This document shows positions 54,360 through 64,000 of a stretch of DNA of 64,000 nt, piece after piece. The stretch is from Epithemia pelagica (lineage: Eukaryota > Protista > Bacillariophyta), in NCBI GenBank assembly GCA_946965045.2, contig OX337230.1, positions 1,116,001 to 1,180,000 on the forward strand, given 5' to 3'. The notes beneath the pieces are model-generated. The model saw only the letters and a list, made by a program, of their open reading frames with translations. It did no database searches and was not told the DNA's origin. Every line of letters begins with the position of its first letter. Within the stretch, counting starts at the first letter, position 1. The position numbers and the translations under genes are program-made.

Positions 54360-55999
54360 ATGAACAGTATTCCGTCTCAGCATAACCATCAACAAACTTG
54401 TCGAGTAACGTCTCTCCATCAGTTATCCAATGCATTCTTGGTCGTATTGCTGGTGTCTACGTTGCCATTCTTATGCGAAGCCACAATCACTACTTATTCG
54501 TATGCTGGATTGAGCTGTCGTGAGAAACATTGGACCGTCTCCAATGTAATAATTCAATGTTACTCTTCTTCTCCAAATCCCAACTTTTCCTACGTGAAAC
54601 ATTACAGCAGCAACAACGACAAGGTCACTTGTAAACCAGGCGATACCATGTCCATTACGGGCGATTTGTACATCAAAAAGTCTACTCCAGCCACGTACTC
54701 TGTGGAAATTGATGTCTGCACTCACCGTTCCGCGTCATGGTGGAATAAATGGCTCTTGTGTTTCTCCCAAGAAATCTTCCCAAGTAGCGATCCCGATGCA
54801 TCCAATCAAGCCTATGGTAAGAACTACGTTTCGAACAATAATAACGAGGCACAAGAAATGCAAGATGAGAACGTCAATGACGTCCAAGGAGAAGAAGCAG
54901 GAGACCAGACACAACAATGGAACCAACAACAACAACAAGAAACTACCTCTACAGAGACTGTAAGCGAGTCGCCAAAGTATCTAAATGTTTGTCAGAACGC
55001 TACACTCCAATCCACGCAAAAACAAAGTAGCAGCAGCAGCAACAAGTAAGTATCAGACAGAACGGGGACGCCTGAGAGCGCCAAACGTCAGAAATGGGTG
55101 TACCTATAAGACGGAAGGGAGCTCGTCCCACAACCACTGCTATGACAAAGATCAGGCTATACTCACTATCATTGCTCTCATTGGGTTCGTTCTTCTGTTG
55201 CATATTTTGTTGTAAATAGAGCTTGTGGTGGTACTGGAACATATACGTTTTCCATTGCGGAGACATTACCTGGAAGCGACTGGCATATGGGAAGATCAAG
55301 TAAGTGCAACAAGAACTAGCACATGCCTGTCTGTGAGCTTGTTTCGGTTTTTGTCTGATGATTATTTCAACACCCAATTTCCATATTTTGGTATCTGGAA
55401 CTTCTTTTTGTTGCTTTCGTCATGTCGATGATTCTCCACTGTAAACGTCAGTGCAATTTTACTGGGAACACGAATATTCGGTGTTTATTGACGCCATCCT
55501 TACAGATAAAACTCATTCTTCTGCCAGGACCTACGAGCGCTGCACTTTGGAACTTCATGCATCGACATCCTCCTCATCGTCGTCGACATCGTCGTCGACA
55601 TCGTCGTCGACATCGTCGTCTTCGTTATCGTCTTCGGCTTCCTCAATCGTGGTGACGTGGTCGATGGTCGGTGGAGTGGCCTTTGTGGCATTGCTCATTG
55701 CCAATGTGTCTCTCCTGTTTGGTAATGTATCATCATCTTCTCAATCGTCGTCAGCTGGAACAGCAAGACCTCGTCGAAGAATAGTACGCCAGCGTCCTCC
55801 TCCTGAACCAATTCCCGACGAAGACGAGACATCGTCTGCCTTTCCCTGGTCCAGTCCATCCCCGTTACAAAACCATGGATCCAACCGCCGTGCGGTTTTC
55901 ATGGCAGCCGTCTACCGCAGCAAACCAGCATCGGCACCTGCAACAGCACCCACAGGCACGTCCTTTGTCGAACTTACGGATCGGGGAATGGCAGTCTAA
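54360..55999 (+). CDS. ML-like type I membrane protein (member C); exons 54360-55045, 55220-55299, 55452-55999
   Basis: Signal peptide, TCKPGD, NVCQ / ACGGTGTY...TLP / RCTL, TM, tail SFVELTDRGMAV. Same intron phases. Gln/Asn/Glu-rich insert in exon 1. Confidence 0.8.
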
Positions 56000-56802
56000 C
56001 ATATAGCCCACAGACTGTCAAGAACCCGCAACCACCTATATGAAGAATTGAAGATTTGCTTCAAACGAACGGCCTGTAGGTTATGTTCCCATAAAAATGT
56101 GAATCCTCACTGTCAAGGAGAGTCTACGAAAATCATGCGTTCAAGAATGAAGAAGAAAGCAGGGGAATCATTCACTTTCATGCTTCTCCAAGAGGACAGA
56201 AAGGTAAAGAACAACAAGCGGAGAAGATATCGGTTTTAGAGCAACTCAAAGCAAAATATCGTCATCTACAGAATCCGCCTCGAAAGAGGCTTTGAATGCA
56301 ATTAGTTATGTGTAGGAGTAAATGTATCTTTGTACAACTACTTACTACTCCTAGGTAGTTTCTCCTCGCTTGCCTTTTTAGCAGTAGTCGTATATTCCTC
56401 TAGCTAGCTGCAAATCCTAGAGCTCTATATTCCAATTCTCCGACTGCGACTGGAATCACGAAGATTCGTATTCTTGAGTAATTACACTTAACCCACGTGT
56501 CTCAATCGGGTCAGCGAGCTTTTTCAGCAATAGATACGAAACACACGCTTGTCGGTGCGCCGTATGTCCCATTTCCCACATACCCTCACATATTGTAAAA
56601 GGGCGTTGGAATCCTTGATCTGTAAATACGCCTCTCTAGAGACGTTCTTCGCCACGATACAGACTTCAACGGAAACTCCAACAGACGCAAAGTTCTGTTG
56701 AGTACTGTCGCTACAAACTGGACAAGCAAAAGCGTTTCGTTGACTTCATTCGGCGTATCCTCATATCGATATTATCTTCCTTCAATCCGTCAAACCCAAG
56801 CA

Positions 56803-58285
56803 ATGCCATCAAGCGTCTCCTGCACTATCCATGCCGCATTGGTATTCTTAGCTCTCTGGTTGACATGGCCATCTTGTCATGCGACCACGTTTTACTATCA
56901 TAAAATGACTTGTTATCATGGCAAATATGAATTTGCGCTGCAAAAGGCTGAATTGTGCAGTACAACTTTACAACAACATGAAGAACAACAACAACAACAA
57001 TCGTCGTGGTTCCAATCTAAGTGGGAACAACTTACCCAAGTCACTAGTCAGGACCAAGAAAGCAGTGATGGTGGTGATAGTAGCAGTGGTAATGGTGTCT
57101 TGTCTTGGTTTCAAACACAATGGTCCAACGTGAAAGAAAACTTTCAGCAACAAGAACAACAGCAACAACAGCAAATGGGAGACTCGTGGGAAGATGGAGA
57201 ACAAGATACTGAACAGCAAGCCTCTGAAAATCAACAGCAATCGCAACTAACACAAGTTTGTTCCAATGATGGAGACATTTTTGCCTTGGGGGGGATCTTG
57301 ACCTCATCTCAAGTACTTTTCCCCCACTTCTATGAAGTGAAAGCTCGACTTTGTCACTATCATTTCAATGGTACAAGCTTGGGTTGTAAATTTGAAAAAA
57401 CCATTGAAAGCGGCGAATTGAGCTCCTTCACGCGTTATGGAGAAGTCTGTGGTCAGATTTTTGCCCAACACAAGTACGTAAATCATTCGCGCTTGGTGTT
57501 GTTACATGTTCATCGTCATGTGGATTGCTCCCGTTCTCATTTTTATTTCCATTTTTTCTCCCTCTTCCCTCGATATCGTAATGATCGAGTAGCAGCTATT
57601 TCGTTTGTCCCAGCGCTGGAGTCTACCCCTTCTATTACGAACAATACCTGGATAGTGACAGTGTCTCACATCTAACAAACACCGGTAAGCCATCACAGTT
57701 ATTGTGTCTATTGGCCGACAAAAAGCGGGCGGCTATCCTTCTATTTTTCCGGCTTGTTTCTCAAATATGGTTTTATGTTTTTTCCCTGTCGCTTCTGTCG
57801 TCACTGATATTAAAGTGTTTGAGTTCTTCCATTTAAACTATACGGTATATCTTGAACTTTTGGTCACCGACATAAGCAACAACACCGTGTATGAACAATG
57901 TGATCTAGAATTCACGGCCCAGCCCGAGTCCACCACAAGCTTTGCCGACGAGCAAGCCTCACAAGAGTATACCATGGCCATGGCGGCAGCTGCATTCCTA
58001 ATTGTGGCCTTGGTTCGACGAAGTAGGCACTGTCGCAGCGACCGACCGCGACACTTGCAAGCCAAGCGCCCCGAGGGGGAACAAGACGAGCAATTGGACG
58101 TATCCTCTACACGGGAATCGAATAGCATCGATCACTGGGACAGTTACACCAACAGTTTGGACCATGATGAATCGTACTCGACGAGTCCAACCCTGCATTC
58201 GTCTCAGACTCACAATGGGTTTGTGGAACTGACGGATCGGGTTACAACCGACCGAAGAATGAGGGGATCACAGCACGTCGTCTAA
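56803..58285 (+). CDS. ML-like type I membrane protein (member D); exons 56803-57473, 57596-57684, 57816-58285
   Basis: Signal peptide, VCSNDGD / VCPSAGVYPF / QCDL, TM plus RR, tail GFVELTDR...HVV. Same intron phases. Gln-rich insert in exon 1. Confidence 0.78.
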
Positions 58286-58987
58286 GCCCTTGATCGAGGA
58301 AGGGACTTCTCGTCATTCCAAAGAACGACCGACATTCCACATTAGTGGGCAAAGTACATACGTCTGCATTCCAGTTACACATTGACACATAATACGTTTT
58401 TAGTTTTTAGTCCCAACCGGTTAAGTCATCAACAGTTTGATTGTTTCATCTTGAAATTCATTCCTTTCGCTCCAGTTTACTTCTAGCCAGTGTCAAAAAC
58501 TGTTCTTCTCAACTTGATCCAGACAGCTTGTACGCAGTCGCTTTGCGACTGAGACGACTGTCCTGGTGCGACTGACCTTTTCCCTTTCCACCACGGCAGA
58601 CGGCCGGCGTAACAAGCCGCCGCGCGATCGGCAAAGTTTTTTCTCTCGTTCAAAATGTGTGATTCTTCTCGAAGGCACAACAAGGGAGATGAGTATGAGT
58701 CCGCTTCGGGCAGAAAGAGGGAGACTTTGTCCATGTGTTTGGTATGGTCCGTCCCTCCACGAAAGAGACGTTGAGTGGTTGTTCGATTCGGACGAATCCA
58801 CGCCCTCCCAACACGGGCGTTGGGTTTGTGTTGGATGAATTTTTGCACGATACATGCCGCCGACAACATATGTGTTCGTCGCGATGTCCACGATGGTTCG
58901 TTGCCGTGTCGACCACAAATCGCCACAAATTGGTACCATCACCACATCTGAACGTGAACGTGTCGGTCCGACCACTCGAGTACCACG

Positions 58988-59929
58988 ATGACAATGACTC
59001 TGTTCCATCTACACCATGCACGACAATTGTTTTTCGTGGCGATCTTGTTCTGTGGATCGGTTTGCCATGTCACTGGTACCAGCTCGTCGTCGTCCACCTC
59101 CTTTGAGTATATGACGAGTTATTGCATGAAGAATCATTGGACCCTTTCCAATGTGGACGTTGAGTGCCATTCGGATGGCCAAGACGACGAGACTGCGTCT
59201 TTCCCCGGTGATACGCTGCATGTTACGGCAAATGTGGCAGTGCACGCGGCGTTGCCATCGTCCTATTCAATCCAATTGCAAATGTGCAAACAAAATTGGA
59301 TTTTTGCCAGCAGTTGGTCGTGCATGGCCATCACTCAGCAGGCTTTGGAGGATGTGGATTTTTGTGACGAGGAATACCTTGTAGCCACAAACGAGTACGT
59401 TGTGGAGAAAAAAGGCTTCTCTTTGTATTGTTCATATTTTGTTTCTCACCATCATCATGTTTGCTTGCCATGGTTTTCGATTCCTCCCGCTGTGTAGCTC
59501 TACCACATGTGGAACTCGTGGGAACTATACGTTGGACATGGAAGTGCCCTTTCCGGGAGAAGCCAATTTCACGAACGGCAATGGTACGTTCGATGGTCGT
59601 TGGAACAATGAGACTCGTCTACCTCGATTCTGATGCGTTTGCGTTCGTTGCGGAATATAGGCAGCCCTCTCTACCTACAAGCAATTCTCCTGTATACAGG
59701 AACCGGGACGGGAGTTTACGAAAAGTGTTTGATGGAATTTGCCGCCCAACATTCTCAGAGTGTGGCGTATGCCTGGGTCGGCATGGTCGCACTGCTCGTG
59801 GTGGGGGCCGCAGCCTGGCGCAAACGCAAACGACATGTCCTCTTACAACTGGACAATGTCGACTTGCAGGAAGCCCTCGCTGCTGTAGAGGCCGACCAAG
59901 GGCATGCGACGGAGCTACCCGTGGTGTAG
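58988..59929 (+). CDS. ML-like type I membrane protein (member E); exons 58988-59394, 59498-59583, 59661-59929
   Basis: Signal peptide, PGD, DFCD / TCGTRGNY / KCLM, TM plus RKRKR, ends ELPVV. Same intron phases. Confidence 0.8.
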
Positions 59930-60076
59930 GGTTCGTCGATGGTCGGGACCAGTTTCCCGAAACTCGTCCTCCTATACTGCATCGATGAGAGAAGGACACG
60001 ATAGTAGAAACGGCACGAGATGAAAACTATAGAAAAACGCAGATGGTGGCTCGAACCAGGGACGTTTGAATCCTAG

Positions 60077-60190
60077 GATATCGTTTTGTCTTGTAGTGTG
60101 GTTATTCCGACCTACGAAAGCACCTTGGTTCGTTCGATATCGTTTTGTCTTTGAGTGTGGTTATTCCGACCTACGAAAGCACCTTGGTTC
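60077..60190. repeat. 59-bp-period tandem duplication
   Basis: GATATCGTTTTGTCTT...GTGTGGTTATTCCGACCTACGAAAGCACCTTGGTTC at 60077 and 60136. Confidence 0.9.
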
Positions 60191-60890
60191 TTTGCGAACG
60201 GGGGGTTCATCCATATTGTAAAGATGCCATTTGCATGAACGAACAGTCGGTAGGCGTAATCGTTGGGTGTAAATCCCGTACGCTTTCACGGGCCCAATGT
60301 GATCAATGCAGATGTAGAGGATATAAAGTCGACCTAGGTAGGTAGACAATAGACGTCAACCACTCACCAAGGACCATCACAACCGACGATGGGGGATTCG
60401 GGGAGAGTTCTCTCTCCAACTTCCAATTCCAACGGCTTCCTTCTATAACAGGAAGTTATGCTGGCGCGACAGCGATATATGTATATGTGATATGTGTTAT
60501 GCGTTGCGCATGCGCCCTGATGTGGCAATTGTACATCTAAGGATACCTAGGAGACTCGCACGCTCCTTTCTTTCACCAGATTCTTCTCAACGGTCCATTG
60601 TGAGTTGTGAATCTTGGTGGTGGATAGACATTACACTATTGTACTCGTATTACAGATATTTGCACAATTTAAGCAGCAAACATGCGCTGAGTAATGGCAA
60701 TCCGTTGGGAGGATCATGTCCGCGCACGTCGGAGTCTTCATCGGCCAGCAGCGCTCACAATTTTTACGTGGATCCAACGACTGAACGAGCTGAATTTTGT
60801 CCCCTTCTCTCGCTCTCCCTCGTCAATCCTCTCTCTCGGTGTCGATTCAGCACTCTCAGCCCATTCTTAGCCACGACAACGATTACAGCC

Positions 60891-61944
60891 ATGCGTCCGA
60901 CCTCCTCTTCTCCTTCTACTAATCAAGGGTGTTTCACCGTACGGATGGTGACCGTTCTGGCAACGTTGTTGTCCATGGCGTCCTCGGTTCAAGCAAACAA
61001 CGTGGTGTATTCGTTTGCAAACCAAGCGAGTGCTAAACGGAACTCGATCACCAATGCCGTGGTGACCTGCAAATTCTCAAACTCCGAAACCTCTACCTAT
61101 ACGCAAAATTGTGTCGAAGGACAAGAACTCACTATTACGGCAGATATGTATTGGTACAATACCTTACCCGCTCCAACCACTGGCAGTGACGGTTCCACAA
61201 CCTACAAAATGCAAATGAAAATGTGCGAGTATGGCGGCAACCAATGCAATACAATCGAATTTGATGACGATCTTTGTGCTGGGGGTTATGAAGTGACGCT
61301 CACCCCTGCCGTGTACGTTGATCAAATGCGTGTTTTCAAATACTCGTGAACATATCTCACTGTTTTATTTCTTGCTTAACTTGTAATCCAGGTCCGGAAC
61401 ATGCGGAGCAGCAGGTTATTATTATCTGTCCATCGCAACAACTTTTGTGAACTCGGCGAACACTTGGGTTGACTACAGTAAGTACGAAACCCAGTATCTT
61501 CGGCTTCACTGCTTCGTGCTACGTACCTGAGTGCACGAACAACGTTGTCCTTCGTCTTTTTGGTGGACGTTGCTCTCCGATTGCTGACTTGGTCTTTTCT
61601 CCCCATTTGATGATTTGTTAGACGCTCGCATGAACTTGGATTTTATTATTTTGGCCGAAACTTGCCCGTCCTCGGGTGCGGAATGTACACAGTACACGGT
61701 TGAAGAATTGGACTTTCCCTTCACCACTGTCACCTGGGACGGGAATACTTCTTACCAAAGCACCGCCACGAGTTACGCCGGTTCCTTTGCCGCCGCCCTC
61801 GTTTTGGCATTGGCCGGTGGCGGTGCCGTCATTCGACGACGACGTCTTCTCCAGCAAGAGCAGCAAGATGAACCCGCTGAGGAGACTACTTCCAGTACCT
61901 TTGTCGAACTTGCCGACCGACCTGATCATTCCGCTGTTGTGTAA
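60891..61944 (+). CDS. ML-like type I membrane protein (member F); exons 60891-61312, 61392-61477, 61622-61944
   Basis: Signal peptide, CVEGQ, DDLCA / TCGAAGYY / ECTQ, TM plus RRRR, tail TFVELADR...AVV. Same intron phases. Confidence 0.8.
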
Positions 61945-62716
61945 CCAAGACTTGACAGCATACAAGTTTCTCCAACTATACTGCCCCTTCGTCGCCTCAC
62001 CTCTCAAGCCATTCACACTCCGTGTTATTCCACTCGTCACAATATCCTATTTTTAGTCTGTTGATGGAGGCTTCATCTGTAAAAATGTCCATTAACTAAA
62101 TTAAGAAATGTCCTCCTATATTCTAGACATGAGATATAACTACTCCTACCATCCCATCGCCAATAGTTGAAGGGCTAGAACAAGGGCAATTTCCGCTGTC
62201 AAAGTTGCTCATGACGGAGATCATGAACCGCTGCGTGGTTCGCAAAGGCATCAACACCACCAGTGATGCACAATCCTCATTCTTCATCATCGACATCGAC
62301 TGAGAGAGTCTTGGGGTAAGAACCGCGACCGCGACCGTTCAACCGACAGTTTGGGGGATCAGCGGATGGATCAACGGACGGAATATCTCATGGATTTAGA
62401 ACTTTTAGACATGAACGAATCTCAATGCAACCGTTGGAAGTACTTCGATGCCATGTTAGACATCCGTTCAACGCTTCCTTTGGCGGAATCATGTCCTCCT
62501 CATTTGGAGACGAACGCCGTAAGTATATCAATCTGCTTGGCACAACCCAAAGCACGACTGCGATTTGTCCAAAGAAGCACTGTGTATAGATACTGTTGAT
62601 CCGTCGTTGGAAGAATCCGGGAACAAATAATCACATCAACACCTCCAAGCGAAGCTCAAATACTGGAACAAATCTCATCAACATTACCAAAATCATCAGG
62701 ACCGAACTGACTGACG

Positions 62717-63881
62717 ATGAGAACCTTGGTCGGATTCCCACAATGCTTGTTATGTTTGCTTCTTCTGTCCCCGATGGTCCTTGTTCGGGCCCGCACATCC
62801 TTTGCTTACGTGGGCATGCAATGCAAAAGGAATCGTTGGTCCATGAAAGGAGAAACGGTCATTTGCAATCACCAAGATTCCTTGACCTGTTCAGCAGGCG
62901 ACGAAGTTACTATGGTCGGTGATTTGAAAATTCATACGAGTTTGCCCCAAGAATACCAAACAATTATCAAAGAATGCAAATATCACTTTGGTCCCTTCTC
63001 CTTTGCCTGTCCATACGATCAAAAGTTTGATGATTTGGATCTCTGTGAACGCGGAAATCTCAAGCCCCAAACGTACGTTATTGCAGATGTCGTTCTCTGT
63101 TCCAGTTTAGACAAACCATCATCAACCGAGTGCTGACACCATGAACTTGTTTTCTTTCTTGATTGGAATACTCGTTGCTCATGGATCGATTGGCTCATCA
63201 TCATGCAGTGATGATATATATTGTGGCAAAGCAGGAAGCTATTCCTTGTTCATTCAAGAGGAGCTGCCTGGATTTCGATTGGTGCTAGGTTTTGGTATGT
63301 TTGTCATGACTGTGTCCTTTTGAACTGCTTCTTGGTTCTTTCCATTCTGACAATACACTCCTTCAATGGATCATTCGCCTTTGTTCTAATGACATTTTCT
63401 CCGTCTTGAAGGCTACGCCATGTACTTGGAAGGATCGATTATTGATACGACCGATCCGAACAATCCCTTTGAGTATGAGCATTGTACGATGGAATTTCAT
63501 GCTGTACGACCCTCCTTTCTCTCGTCGTCAACGTACTCGAAATTGTTTGGTTCCGCAAATTCCGCCTACAGCTATGATGGAGTGGCGGCTGCGGTTGGTG
63601 TGTCGGCGCTCATCTTGATTTATTATCGTACATGCCGACGTGGTCAACAACGAACCGCCGCTGTGGAAGAAGAGGCCGTTCCAACCTTTCCCGAGGATGG
63701 ATCGTCCTACAAGATGAATCATCCTCTTCCAATTCATCCTCAAAATGCTCACAATACCAACAACAATCACAACCCATTGTCGCCGTCGTGTTCGTTTGTC
63801 GAAATGACCGACCGGCAGTCTCACAGTGTACACACGGCAATGGCAGGCACCTCCTTCATGGGTTCCTCGTCGGTGGTGTAG
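62717..63881 (+). CDS. ML-like type I membrane protein (member G); exons 62717-63072, 63209-63294, 63412-63881
   Basis: Signal peptide, TCSAGD, DLDLCE / YCGKAGSY...ELP / HCTM, TM, tail SFVEMTDR...SVV. Same intron phases. Confidence 0.82.
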
Positions 63882-64000
63882 TAGCGGCACATTCGACAAA
63901 GCCACGACATTTGATTCTTGAGCGGCGATCCATTGTTTGTCCTTGTCCTCCTGCCTTTAAAAGAGAGAAGACCCGACTCTTGCCCAACGCTGAACGTAGT

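Noticed and set aside
58483-59021. Minus-strand ORFs upstream of member E
   Set aside because: Overlapping short frames without motifs, likely promoter or UTR.

Overview
Eukaryotic DNA, most likely from a pennate diatom. This is an inference from the short GT-AG introns, the signal-peptide-plus-Phe plastid presequences and the gene repertoire; the species cannot be fixed from the sequence. The first 13.2 kb holds three adjacent, intact-ended DNA transposons. (1) A 6.7-kb hAT element (TIR CAGGGTGTGGAAGT, perfect 8-bp TSD TTGAGCAT) encodes a complete transposase and, convergently, a cargo endonuclease III-type HhH-GPD DNA glycosylase. (2) A 3.6-kb PIF/Harbinger-like element (perfect 65-bp TIRs, TAT TSD) has a second ORF that appears to end in an alpha-crystallin/HSP20-like domain. 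(3) A 1.5-kb non-autonomous TA-flanked element follows. The hAT flanks and its promoter-side end are dense with 6-7-bp tandem duplications resembling excision footprints. The middle of the window holds a degenerate ~3-kb tandem duplication, MRPL28, a CoaX-like/Tudor fusion, a class 3 lipase, a halide/thiol methyltransferase, a sulfotransferase-like protein, two 2OG-Fe(II) dioxygenase paralogs (one with HxD changed to HxY), a kelch protein, a MITE and three related plastid-targeted proteins. From 45 to 64 kb there are seven highly diverged type I membrane proteins with an ML-like (MD-2/NPC2/GM2A) Cys-rich ectodomain and identical intron phases; six share an FVE[LM][TA]D tail motif and all end in Val. 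A PTEN/tensin-like gene and a second MITE copy are interspersed. No rRNA, tRNA or CRISPR array was recognised. All family assignments come from motif recognition by eye, not database searches.
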